A DNA stretch of 63,739 nt, the filler included, from Octopus bimaculoides (taxonomy: Eukaryota), in NCBI RefSeq assembly GCF_001194135.2. It is 8 parts of 8 records of this genome, joined end to end, with 100 filler letters (N's around TTAATTAATTAA, not from the genome) between each part and the next. Parts side by side here need not be neighbours in the genome. Positions count along the whole stretch, not along the records: positions 7,686 to 32,874 come from NC_068993.1; positions 32,975 to 55,009 come from NC_068981.1; 6 more parts are not named here. One strand, 5' to 3'. Position numbers and translations under genes: made by a program. Of this stretch, positions 26,738 through 39,599 are shown in pieces; positions within the stretch are counted from its first letter, which is position 1; each line of letters opens with the position of its first letter. The notes below the pieces were generated by a model, which was given only the letters and a program-made list of their open reading frames with translations, did no database searches and was not told where the DNA came from.

Positions 26738-27290
26738 ATTCTCAGCATATATGGTTTCCTTTCATTATAACTTTATTTCAGCCGCCTTAGTACCGGGCAT
26801 CATCTGGAGGCCAAGATAGCAAGGGCACTTCTGTTTTGCTATGCATGCTAACATTATCACCACATTTATTCCATTTTAGACGGAGAGTGCTTTCCGTAGT
26901 ATATGGGCTGTACCCATCAAGGTTATCTTTTGTAGTTCACGGAGATTGGAGTTACCAAGAAGTTGCTTAACATACCTCTTAGCTCCCTTCTTTATCATTC
27001 CCAACACACCAATTACTACTGGTATTATCGTAGTACTAAGCCTTCAAATTTTTGTGATTTCAATTTTCAGATCTTTATAGTGAGAAAGCTTTTCGTATTC
27101 CTTTCTAAAGACATCTTGATGTTGTGGGTCAGACATATCTATTAAGAGGCAAGTTTCATTGTTGTAGTCTTTAATCACAATGTCTGGTCGATTGGAGTCA
27201 ATTTTTCTGTCTGTTTGTATTGGGAAGTTCCAAAGGATGGTGATGCCCTCGTCATTTACTACATCCTCTGGATGATGCATGTACCACTTA
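26735..27290 (-). mobile_element. Dong/R4-like (RLE-type) LINE 3' fragment
   Basis: TILWNFPIQTDRKIDSNRPDIVIKD...CLLIDM (PD-(D/E)xK restriction-like endonuclease), then LQKITLMGTAHILRKALS, 3' UTR and (TAA)n tail. Confidence 0.9.
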
Positions 27291-27301
27291 TGATGAAATT
27301 C

Positions 27302-27380
<79 letters not shown>

Positions 27381-27721
27381 CGGGTTTTAGTTGCACAAGA
27401 TCTTCTTGATTGTGTTGAGAACGATGAAAACTTTTTGAAAACGTTGCGTAGGCCTCTGAGCTGGTATCTCCAGGCTTTTTGGCAAAATTTGATGCAGATT
27501 TTCTGCTCAACTTTCTCTGTCATGGTCAAATGCCACCATCACACGCTCCACACCTTCCTTCCGACCACTGCTGTAAACAGCGAAAGTGAGCCAGAACGTT
27601 AAAACTAAGTGCGCATGCACAGCCTAGTACAAGGTCAATCTGTGCCATGCAGCTTAACTCTGCGTGCTTTAGCTTCGTTACTATGACAATATTCCGGATA
27701 CTTATTGATCAGATCACGTAT
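27381..27721 (-). mobile_element. Mariner 5' fragment, same family as 17167-17531
   Basis: TIR TGATCAATAAGTATCCGGA and MTEKVEQKICIKFCQKPGDTSSEAYA; truncated at a (CAT)n tract. Confidence 0.8.
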
Positions 27722-28766
27722 ATCCTGTAATAGAAGCCCTATGTTATAAAGAAAATATTTCAGAAAATATCTCCCCAGGAGTTATATGCTAAGTTGAGAC
27801 TCTCAGAAACTAAGTTTCTCTCTGACGCCTCTCTGAATATGCATTAATGAAATTGGGGAGCGTCTAATGTGGCCATGCATATTTTATGTCATGAAATACG
27901 CTATATATTCTTATACATTCATATATGCACACATTCACACCTCTCTATACATACATGCATACATACATTCATAAATACATACATACATTCACACACACAC
28001 ACACGCATAAACACGCATACATTTATACATACATAGTACACCATTACATACAACCAAACATATATATGTATGAAAGTATGTATTTATGTACTTGTTGATA
28101 GTATGTCGTTTAGGTATAAATGAATATATATGTGATATGAATATCCAAACGAGCATACGTACTTACGTATATATGTACATATAAAAACATGTATATTGTG
28201 CATTTATGCATGTCTGCATGTATGCACATATAAGCAATTAATATACATATACATGTGTATATCTGTAAAGATGTGTGTGTATGCGTGTGTTTGTGTGTGT
28301 ATGTATGTGTATTTATGTGTATATGCATGTATATAGAAATATGGAAAAATAGGGATCAATGATTATGTACGTATGCATTTGTGTGAATAAATGAGTATTC
28401 GCCTCATGTAAATGCATACAATATACGTTTGTAACAACACACACACGCGCGAAAACACGCATGCGCGCACACACGCAGATTCACATATATGCACAGGTGT
28501 GTACATGGAAATTTCAATGCATATGTATGAGTGCAGTAAAGTGTGTGCGCGTTCATATGCATAGGTGTGCATGTGAATATAAGCATGAACATTCATAACC
28601 TTGCATGCAAATTCCGACATAGAATTGCATGCAAATAGATGCAACCAGTGCATTTATGAATTGCATTTTTCAAGTTGCTGTGTTCTTTTAATTCTCTATG
28701 GTATAATTTACCATTATGCAGCAGTCATGCATATATCTTACGATACATATACATACGTATATTTAT

Positions 28767-29370
28767 AAATATGTAAACGAACACGAAGGCTGTAAATTAC
28801 AGAGAAGAGCGACTCACATAGGCCCATTTTAATGATAACTATAATTATACATTCTTTAATAATAATTATATATTCTTTAATAATATATGCTCCATTTAAA
28901 GCGACTAAAATTAAACAATTGACCGAATAAGGCTGGGCCGAACCACAGGGAATTGAACACATCAATGCTTACATGGCTCCGTACGCACCCAATTCAGCCG
29001 CATAGCCCGTTCATCAATTTCAGCCAATTTTAATGTATAGGTAATTTTAGTCTAGTATATATATATTTATAAATTTGTAAACAAACCCGAAGGCTGTAAA
29101 TTACGGGAAAGAGCGATACACAGGTCCTTTTTAATAACTACTATAATTATATATTATTTAATAAATATGCTCCATTTTAAAGCGACTAAACCTACACAAT
29201 TGATCGAAAAACGATGGGCCGAACATGACATCAATGCTTACATGGCTCTGTACGCACTAAAATACAGCCACATAGCCTACCCATCAATTTCAGCCAATTA
29301 TAATGTGTAGATAATTTTAGTCTCGTGTATATATTTATATATTCAAATTTGTAAACAAACCCCGGGCTGT
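28767..29370. repeat. Diverged tandem repeat, ~2.1 units of ~275-302 bp, with a tRNA-like cassette on the minus strand
   Basis: Unit starts (A)AAT(A/T)TGTAAAC at 28767, 29069 and ~29345. In unit 1, minus strand 29008-28935 has A-box-like CGGCTGAATTGG and B-box-like TGTTCAATTCC. Confidence 0.8.
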
Positions 29371-29412
29371 CCAGTGATTTGTAAATTAATTTGGTTGGCT
29401 ACGTGGAAATCC

Positions 29413-29465
<53 letters not shown>

Positions 29466-29555
29466 CTGTGTGTGTGTGTGTGTGTGTGTGTNNNNNNNNN
29501 NATATACATACATATATACACACACATGCGTACATACATACATACAAACACATAA

Positions 29556-29610
<55 letters not shown>

Positions 29611-29619
29611 CACATGTAT

Positions 29620-29810
29620 GGATGTGTGTGCGCCTTTGTGTTTGCCGTTCATCATTTGACACCTGGGCTGATTTGCTTAATTCTTCGTAACAGCAGTTTG
29701 ACCAAAATGATTGATAAAATAAGTATCAGTCTTTAAAAAAATACTGGGGTTGATTTGTTCGAATAAAGACAGTGCCCCTGAATGATGAACACTGCCCAAT
29801 GACTGAAATA
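29620..29810 (+). mobile_element. SINE 3' fragment
   Basis: AATAAGTATCAG...AAATACTGGGGTTGATTTGTTCG...ATGACTGAAA, same family as the 19496-19856 3' body. Confidence 0.6.
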
Positions 29811-31529
29811 TGTAGTACATAGAAGATTAATACGTGTGTATACACTTCTCTATGCACATACAAGTTTGTCTGCTATTTCCAGCATATTATTTAACGAGTG
29901 AAGGCTTCCTCATTGTCTTGATTTTAACATGCTTTAAATTGTTTTGTGTGATATCATACAACCTCCAGATTTATCTTAGCTTCTCTTTTCAAACCTCTTT
30001 TCCAAAATCAACTCTGTGTTTTGTTCAATTTTCATATTCTTCATATCTCTCTGACGATCTCTACGAAAATCTTCATATTTTGTTTTGCCTGTCATTGCTT
30101 CGTTTATTTCTTTTTTTTTTTTTTATATATTTTTCTCCAATCTTGTTTTGTGTTCAGACTTACTTCTTATGTTATTGATGTCTAGATTGATAGCAGACGC
30201 TCTATCATGAAATAATATTTCTTAACTATTTCGAGATACCAATCTATTCCTTCCTTCTTTCCTTTCTTCCTTATTGTCTTACGTTATTTATTCATACGTA
30301 ATGCATTACACATCAGGTATTCTTATTATTCTCCTTCGCTCACAGTAGCTGAGCATATAAAGTCGTATTAAATCGGATGGTAAGTTAACGGCAACCATAA
30401 TTTCTCCGAAATATTTCTTTAACCCTTTAGCTTTCAATCTAGCCAGATCTGGCTCAAATACTGTATCTGTCTTATATTTAAACTTGTCATATGTGATACT
30501 CATATTTTAGTTCTTTTATTTTGAAGGCGGCCAGATTCAGCCTCTCGCACTTACACTTTAATGTCTCTTTCAAAATAAACAATCACATCATCGAAATCTC
30601 GAAGCCACGAGATAATGTTTTGAATAATCTGAATGAATAATGAATAATGATTGAATGAATAATGATTGAATAATCCGAATGCTAAAAGGTTAAGATCTAT
30701 ATTACGACCTATTCCCATCATAAACCAGTTTATGATTATATTTCATTTACCTCAACCGTCTAGCTATGTTTTTTTTTTTTATCTCACTTCTCTAGCGATC
30801 TACCGTTTAGCTAACGGGCTATGTACGCGATCACTCTACCTGAGCAAACAGCCACCAAATATTGTTTAGCAATAGATAAGGTATTCATTATGAAGACGGA
30901 ATAGTCACGACTGGAGTATCTTTGGTTGAAGCTCTGCTTAATTACTGTTCGGTAGCCATCCGGAACAATTTGTTGCTTAATTCAGTTCCTTTCATTTTTT
31001 TTAATGTTTTGTGTTCAAATTTCTCTAAGCATCATATTATCTTTTGTCCTTGTTGAGGTGATAAACCACGTAGCCCCCAGATGCAGTACATCCTCCCTCT
31101 CTCGCCCACTATTTCTCTCATCTCTTTCTCTATATTCTCTACCTCTATTAAAGTTGCCTCTACCTTTCAGATCTAGTTTATATAATCGACGTACCCACTC
31201 CATCAAAATTGCTGGCCTTGTGCCAACAGTATTTCACTTGTCTGTTGAATAAGTACCAGATTTTGCTGTTTGCTGTTGTTATTATTGCTTGACCCTGATA
31301 TCAGCTTTGATCCAACCATGACTATCCCTATTTTATCAGGTACACTATAACCTGGTCAACCTCATCGTATAGAAAGTGCCGTTTTCTAAGACAGGAAGCT
31401 GTGGTTCAAGAGATAGTTTAAATGTTATTGCTTAGTGTGTTGAGCGATTATGTAAAATTCTCCTTCACTGTTTCATTATTTTGCATAAGTATCAATAATT
31501 CGCTTGGGTTCAATTTAGCTGACTATGAA

Positions 31530-32050
31530 TTCTTTTCGTTTTAGATTCGATCATCTCATCATTAGTTAAAAGAAAACAGAGTTGCGACACTGAAGACTTG
31601 GTCTTTAGTCAGTTTCGCATATACCATATTCTTCAATCATTTCCCCCAGAGCTTCCTTTAACTTCAATTAATTTTGAGAATGTTGGAAATGTCTGAGATT
31701 CTCTTGTCATAAACTTTCAGAAATAATTCCCTTTTCGATATCTTTATCAATTCGATACTTTTCTTCAGCAACAATATACAATATACTGTCAACTGGTCTT
31801 CAAGCAACCTTTAAGTAGTTCCATTAGCTGTTTTTTTATTCATTAAACATGCATTCTTTGATTTCCCACCTGAAATGGCTGTCCTTTTCATCTATATTAA
31901 TATGTACTCTTGAAACTGAAGTCTGTTAAATGCCATCACACTTTTCAACTAAACTCGAAAGCTGATACTAAAAACTACACATAAATAACTTAAATAACTC
32001 TAAGATACAAGACGAGTAGAATATCAAGATATTCTCACTGGACTTTCTAA
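31530..32050 (-). mobile_element. Highly decayed L1/Tx1-like RT fragment
   Basis: HINIDEKDSHFRWEIKEC (cf. xDFEKAFDSVEWxFIxxC), ILYIVAEE..IDKDI.KGI and EALGEMIEEYG appear in the expected order. Confidence 0.45.
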
Positions 32051-32874
32051 CTTAACTTTCAGTATTTAAGCATTGTATCGATATGTCTGAGAGTTCCTCA
32101 AAAACATGACGTTTGAAATTTAACAAGAAACAAGTATCTGAAGTATATTAGTATAATCCAATAACGTAGTATTATTCTACATGTGAAACGTTCTGATTAT
32201 TGTCCAGTTACTGTTACTGTTGTCGTTTTTTTTGTTTTTGAAACCCTCCCCACCCCGCCAGGTTAGTTCTTATTCATCGGGTCTGTGATCAATGATATTC
32301 CAGTCGTGACCTCCACGTTTTAGTTTTAAGATAGAGTATGTAGGACTTCATTATTCTGCTAATACATTACAAACACACGAGCACACGCAACACACACACA
32401 TGCACATGCGTGCACACACACACACTCACACATTATATGTACTTGTATATATAAACACACATATATGTACATGCATGTATAAGTACGTACACATATATGT
32501 ATATGCATACTCTTATACATTTAAACGTGTGTGTGGTTGAGTATGTAGATGTACACTCACACGCAGACACACGCACATATATGTATATACGTATGTATGC
32601 ATGCAATTATGTATGTATCAATGTATGTGTGTTTATATGTATATATGTATTTATATAAGTGTGTGTGTATATGTATATGTGCATGTATATAAGTGTGTGT
32701 GCATACATATATACATATATTTATATTTATATAAAGGCATTACTACAGAATAATGCCACACACTAGACTTCCCAAATAAACACATTTTTTTTACCAAATG
32801 CGAGGAAAAGCAACTCTTAAAAAAAACCAACCTTTATATATATATGTATAATATATATCTATGCATATATATAT

Positions 32875-32974
32875 NNNNNNNNNNNNNNNNNNNNNNNNNN
32901 NNNNNNNNNNNNNNNNNNTTAATTAATTAANNNNNNNNNNNNNNNNNNNNNNNNNNNNNNNNNNNNNNNNNNNN
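32875..32974. other. Synthetic scaffold spacer
   Basis: 44 N + TTAATTAATTAA (32919-32930) + 44 N. Confidence 0.95.
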
Positions 32975-33020
32975 CGTGAAAAACCTGCAACTAATTTGTT
33001 CTCGTGTAGATTTCAATTTG

Positions 33021-33304
33021 AATTACGCGCGCTTTTGGGTGGGTATGATGGGTATATGTGATTTATTTTTAAAAACAATAATGAATAATGCAAAAATACA
33101 TTTATTCATAAAGTTTAAACTGAACATGGAATGAAATATATTTATTTATAAACTTTAAACTGAACTTCATTTGTTTAAATTCTCGTCCACCTTACCTTCG
33201 CTTGTTTAAATTCTACGGAATTCTACGGAATTCTACAAGAATTAAGAATTCTACAAGAATTACCCATCATACCCACCAACGAACACCCAAAAGCGCGCGT
33301 AATT
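33021..33304. mobile_element. MITE, 284 bp, superfamily unassigned
   Basis: Terminal IR AATTACGCGCGCTTTTGGGTG / CACCCAAAAGCGCGCGTAATT plus sub-terminal IR GGTGGGTATGATGGGTA / TACCCATCATACCCACC. Confidence 0.75.
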
Positions 33305-34844
33305 ATACTGTAGATAAGAATAAAATGCTTTGTATATATCTCGGGAATATTTTTCGGTGAAAGCACCGTAAAATATTTGGATTAAATCTCTATATAATCT
33401 CTGATAAATGTCCATAGTCTAATTCAAATAAAATAGCATTACAGCTGAGAATAAATATAAATTTAGACTCTCGAAATGAAACAGCTAATAAATATTGATT
33501 TCCAAGCGAAGCCAGAGCGTGATATTAAGTAACTTGATATTTAAAAGCGTATCATTCAGTGCAAATATTTGATTTATAGGAGCAAAAAAATTTTAAACAT
33601 GCATTCAAATGTTCTTTACTATTCATTCAATTTTAACCATCATTCAACATCTAGTAAAAGGAAACTGTACCGACGAAAGGAAAATGATTTGAATATAAGC
33701 AGAAAATTAAGTTTATGCTCCTTGATATCGTAAAAAGTTAGAAATTATTAACTACACATCCAAATTTTCTATCAACAACACTTCTTATGTTCTAGATATG
33801 CCTACTACTCATTATTATTGAAAGTTTTGCTGTAGCATTGCATATTTCCAATTGCAAAATGAAATATAAGCATTCTTCCTTTATACAAAAGAATGTTAAT
33901 TTACAGAAGAACGTGTCATCGTACTTCGTAAACTCATTTACGATACAATGTGTATCCCATAATACAAGAAAATTAGGTTCATTACAAAACGTATTAGGAA
34001 AGGAAATGAGAAGATTTCTATAATTATCCAATATATTATTGCAATTATCATTCAATTATCTTGCCTATGGTATATCCAAACTGACGGAACCTGCCTAAAC
34101 TATAATTTCCTCAAATAGATTAAATCTATTTTAATCTTCATTCAGAAACACTATGAATTTGCAACGAGCCAACGAATGGGCCTCTACTTGATCGTTTAAA
34201 ATGTAAGACATAGCAACTAATCAACTCTACTGACTAACAAAAAGCCAGTATATAATAATCTTCTGGGGTATAAATACAGGAGAAAATGACAAGACATTCA
34301 CAGCTGTAATATTTTTGATCACAGGATTCGATCTGGATTGACATAGGAACTTTCAATAATAAATCAACTCATTTGAAAAGTATACTTACATACAAACACA
34401 TTTCATTTTTATACAGATAGACAGGCGGACATACAGACATTAACATTTACACAAATATATAGGAAAGGGAACAAAAGAAGCGCTCACTACATGTTATTCT
34501 GTTTGCAAGTACTTATCGATATCTTCAGGCGTACGTAGTCAAAGAAAATGTATTGAAAGATAGCTTCTAGGATAGAATATTTTGTAGGAAAGATTCATTG
34601 GTCAGTTCAGGTGAGATGAATGATTTGATTTAACAGCTACATCAGATAATTTATAGGCACCCTTATGTTTGTTTAAAAGAGGTGGTTTGTCGCGTTAGTT
34701 ATAGTCGGCTGTAAGGTAGTATTTAGGTTTCGTAATTGTTTAGTTGCGTACAATAAAAGTATCTCTAGGGCAACCAGAAAACATTTACAATGCAATAATG
34801 CATGTACCGATATATATTTATGTATGTATGTATGTATGTATGTA

Positions 34845-34892
<48 letters not shown>

Positions 34893-34894
34893 AG

Positions 34895-35075
34895 TGAAGG
34901 TACATGGCCTAGTGGTTAGGCCGTTTCACTCACGATCGTGAGATCATGGTTACATTTGCTGGAATGAGTGAGTTCGTTGTGTACTCGAGCGAAACACTTC
35001 ATCTCGTGAACATGTCATCCTTTCACGTGTGACACACCGTGCACCTGTAGAGGCAATGTTCATTTGATGGAGTGA
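34895..35075 (+). mobile_element. SINE 5' part (second family)
   Basis: tRNA-like head GGCCTAGTGGTTAGGG...TCACGATCGTGAG, similar to 58488 onward. Confidence 0.6.
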
Positions 35076-35139
35076 TTTAGCTAATGTACACTCTCCATTT
35101 TTGGTTTCTTAATTCCCGCGATTGTAATCGTGTAGATTT

Positions 35140-35330
35140 ATATGTGTGAAGCTCATTTGAGAAAGATGATACCCGCTCTGCCTGCAATAGCAAGGCCAAG
35201 ATGGTGGCCAAGATCAAGGAAATATTGGAAGAGCTTCCAAGCGACACAGTCTGAAACACATGAGCTAGATTCTGGAGCTATCTTGAGTCCGTGGTTGAAG
35301 CTGGGGATGGCTTCTTTGAGTAAACTGTTA
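35140..35330 (+). mobile_element. Tc1/mariner (maT/DD37D-like) transposase C-terminal remnant
   Basis: SACNSKAKMVAKIKEILEELPSDTV*NT*ARFWSYLESVVEAGDGFFE* with the stop at 35321-35323. Confidence 0.7.
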
Positions 35331-37811
35331 TCCCCCATCCATATCAAAGTTGATATTAACTTTTTTTTAAAAATACATTTACTCTTGGAGTATTGTGTTT
35401 TCCTTTCCTTTTATGCAAACTATCAAATACAAGCATTAAATAATGTGCTATCGCTTGTTATATGTTGTTTTGTATCTCTCACAAATGACAAACTGGTTTG
35501 GTCGATTGTCTCTATGAAGTGGAATATACTTATTGATCTATGGTAAAACCGTTTTGAGAGAAATGGCTGAGAGGACCAAATCAATTTAAACATGATATTA
35601 GCACTAATTTCACTAGTCTTGCACACGGCAGCAGCATACGACCTTAGAAACCAGCTATTTTTACACTATGACTATATACTTAATACGGCGCCGTGCGGCT
35701 TCTATTTATCATGCCACCATTATTTTGAAAATGTTTCAATTTTGACTTAAGTGGATTAAAAACATGATCAAATAATGCTTGTAGATTATGTTGTATTACT
35801 TTATTTCTTCAGTTGTCTCTATTGAATGGAATGAAATTTATGCATACCGAATTTTCAATTAGAACTTTGAGAGATATCTCTAAATTTTTTTACTTCAATA
35901 TATTTCTAAGTTCGGCTATAAGTGTTAACATTAGAGCCCTTGTGTACTATATTATATTATATCATTAAAGCTTTATTTATCGCTTCATGAAGGTCTTTCG
36001 ACCTTGTCAATAGACATTTGTTTTAAAAAGCAGACATCATAGAGTTGAAAACTGCAAATTATTTATATAACACTAGTAAAGAAAAAAAGAATATAAACGG
36101 TATCCACTTTCTCGAATAACTATTTAGGTTTGTATATTAATCATCCTATAGAACGTCTATCATATTTTGCTATAATTTTTTCTATAATGAATAGCAACTA
36201 CATATGATATTCTTATATCTATTTTGCTACGGGAAAGCACGTACAAAACGTGAAAAAATATATCTCTTCTGCTATTTAAACATTTTTTCTTTCTCTTCTG
36301 AAAGTGAGAAAGTATTTTGGTTGATGAAATATAAAATGCGTGTGAGATCAAAGTATAAAAAAGCTAACATTGAAGTATAAAATACCTTGATGATTGACAT
36401 TGTGTACAAACGTGAAAAATCTGCTATATTACCAGTAATCTTTTATCAAATGACATGCAAATGATATTCAGCTTGAATGTTACCTCACTTAAAATTTGCA
36501 CATCTAAGTAATGAGCACATTATACAGCTATGGGGTTATATGAAATAAGTTATTGGTTATCTGAGCACAATTCATCAAATAAACGGTTGATAAGGAATGG
36601 AAAGTTATAATATTAAAAACAAGGATAACATTGATATAATAGTAGAGGAAGAACAGATAAAAATCAGACAAGGTTGAAGTGGAAAAGGGAGAAAAAGAGA
36701 AAGAGGAGGGGGAAATATAAAATGATGGAATAGAAAATATTTTTGTACAAAAGATAATTGAAAAAGCAACTTCCTTCAAAGAAATGCATGCATGTATGAA
36801 TATCTATAATATATGTATCGATTTATATGTTTGTTTCTGTTCCTCACACATACTTTCATACATACACGCATACACATATGCATGCACGCGCACAATTTAT
36901 GCATGCACATATAAACTAACATGGATGTTCACACATGCACACAAACACATGTGTACACACGTCTGCACAAATAATTAAAATTATCCTTTCGCTTATGGAA
37001 CTTAAGTATGTTATGTGTACACATATATACTATAAAATAACGTGATTTATCGTTATATTACATAGTCCGTGCTTGCATAAAATAGTCGCAGTGCCTTCTT
37101 GCACATATCACATATTGAGAGCTCTTACTGTATCTCATACTATACAGATTCAGTTAATTGTATTGTCCCGCTGATTGCCCGAGCATTTTTGCCACTGTAG
37201 TTATGCTAATAATCAGTATTGGTTGTATTTTAAATAACGATAAAATTTTACTCTTAGTATTGTGTTGTATTTTAATCAAATAAGTTTAAATAGTTGTCGT
37301 CTGCATGATATCAAGGTACGGTATAGTGTTACGTTAGAAGATACTGAATGGTAAAACATACCTGTCCACGCATATAGCATTATCAACAAACACCTTCACA
37401 CAGATACACATAAACACACAAGCATACACACACTAAAAACATGTAGGTGCGAGTGGATGTACGTATATGTGCAAATGAATGCTAAAATGCTTGTGATTAT
37501 AAGGTATATAAAGATAAAGCTGGTGACAATAGTATTGACGTAAATGTGACGCTAGCAGATAATTGTGTATCTAATTTTGGAGATAAAAACCGTAAATTAT
37601 CTCTGATGCCGATACCAGCTTTCCAAATTCCATTCACTGTAGTATATTCTTTCAATGGCTTATCTGCTACACGTTTATTCTTTCATCTGTACCCTGACGT
37701 CTTTTATGGACATGTTGCAATAACAATTTTAGCACGCATTCGCGTACACACAGGTATTTGTGTGTGTGTGTATGAGTGTGTATGTGTGCATGTGTGTGTG
37801 CGTGTATATAC

Positions 37812-37839
<28 letters not shown>

Positions 37840-37842
<3 letters not shown>

Positions 37843-37907
37843 ATTGTCACTAAATACGACTAGGTTGTTTGATCACCTACACCCTAGTCTTATTTAGTGA
37901 CAATTAT
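37840..37907. repeat. 68-bp hairpin (25-bp arms, 1 mismatch, 18-nt loop)
   Basis: ATAATTGTCACTAAATACGACTAGG / CCTAGTCTTATTTAGTGACAATTAT, next to a (TA)n run. Confidence 0.85.
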
Positions 37908-37963
37908 AATTTTGCTTTTTGGTAAAACATTTCACACTGCTGACTATATTAAATTATTATATA

Positions 37964-38027
<64 letters not shown>

Positions 38028-38096
38028 AATAATTTATTCTAAAACGCACGTTTGATAATGCTAATGCAAAAACATGGACATAAAAAAATCGTTACC

Positions 38097-38175
38097 TGCC
38101 AGCCATGAAACTCGAACTCACATCTCTCTGACTACGCATGAAGTGCTTTACCTTTAAGCTAAACATCCTGATATC
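38097..38175 (-). pseudogene. Degenerate tRNA-like cassette (Thr-CGT-like)
   Basis: TAGCTTAAAGGTAAAGCA (A-box/D-arm), GCGTAG loop, GTGAGTTCGAGTTTCAT T-arm, downstream T7 run. Confidence 0.6.
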
Positions 38176-38437
38176 GAATTGTTCTGCTATTATAGGATTT
38201 ATAAATCTAACTTTATGAGACGCTAACGTTAAGTTCAACTTTTCTGCAATATATGAATAGTTTATCCTGTTCATGCTATTGTATTAGCATTATCATGCAT
38301 TTCAATACATTGCAACGCTTCAATACATCTCAACGCTTCAAAAGTAAACTTTGTTTGTTTACTTTCATCTTAAGTTGAATTTAACGTTGGCGTCTCATAA
38401 AGTTAGATTTATAAATCCTAAAATTGCAGAACAATTC

Positions 38438-38509
38438 GCTACTGGGCAGTTTAAGTTAAAGCACTTGACGCGTAATCACAGGGATATGAGTTCGAGTCTC
38501 ATGGCTAGC
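38438..38509 (+). pseudogene. Degenerate tRNA-like cassette (72 nt, Thr-CGT-like)
   Basis: Perfect T-arm ATGAG-TTCGAGT-CTCAT, anticodon loop CGCGTAA, partial acceptor pairing, T6 at 38519-38524. Confidence 0.6.
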
Positions 38510-39599
38510 GGGTAACGATTTTTTCTGCAGTATATGGATAGTTTATCCTGTTTATGCTATATCATTAGCATTATTATGCGTTTGAGAATAAATTATTTCT
38601 GTACCTTGCAATACATCTTAATCCATCTAAAGCAAACTTTGTTTACTTTTATCATAAGTGAAATATATATATATATATATATATGAGTTTGTGTGTGTGT
38701 GTATGTGAATGTGTATGCGTGTGCGTGCGTGATATGACGTTTGGTGTGACCACTAGTCACACACTAGCCCGTTTGTCCGCACTAACAGCCTCAGCCTGAA
38801 GCAGCTATATCAAGAACGAGGCATTCCAAGAGTTGCTACATAACTTCATCAGAAGAGATAAAAGTTAAGCAATAAAAGTCAAGCTCTTGCTGCAGAAATA
38901 ATAGTATGTAGTAGAAAAAGAAATCAGAGTAATTCTTTATTTGTGCAAAGTCGCAAAGAAAAGAAAATAATTGCGAACCGACCGATGTCATATAAAAGAC
39001 GATAGTATTCGTAATTACGGTGTGTTGCCGAAATGACATTAACTACGTTAAATTTATATCCTGGTATCTGAAATAGAAAAATGTAGGGAAAATGATATAA
39101 TGCTATTATGGCATTAGGAGTTGTGAAAACGTGTACTAAATAGGAATGGGTGTGGGGCGGGGGAGGGGGTTAGGTGTATGCTTGTAGAAATTCCAAGAAA
39201 AAGTGATTGATCAGAAGAGGTTTCTATATTCTCTAAAATGAAAAAAATAGAATAAGTTATATCCATATGTGAGCTATTTATGAACTGAGAGAAGGCTCTG
39301 ATAAAGAAGACTATGTGTACCGTTGACACAATGATAATAATGGTAATGAAGAAAAAGAGGAGGAAGAATTGGGGGAGGGAGGATGTTGATGATGATAATT
39401 ATGACCATGTTGGTGATAAAAAAAAGAAAAGGCTTAGATGGGGAGAAAAGGAGACGAAGAAGAAGAGGAGATGGAAGATTAAGAACACAAATGTCGCATG
39501 AGATAAGGAAACATTGATAAGGGAAATTGATCAAACAGATATGGAAATCCTTAGGAATCACTGAATAAGACACGAAAGAAGGAAACGCTTAACAACGAA

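Noticed and set aside
28767-29370. CRISPR-like array (also considered for the 38-kb and 56.7-kb repeats)
   Set aside because: Eukaryotic context, ~300-bp units, no repeat-spacer structure and no cas genes.
30306-30503. 65-aa ORF MSITYDKFKYKTDTVFEPDLARLKAKG
   Set aside because: No identifiable homology or exon boundaries.
33790-34250. Possible L1/Tx1 C-terminal remnant
   Set aside because: Only one weak peptide resemblance; not supportable.
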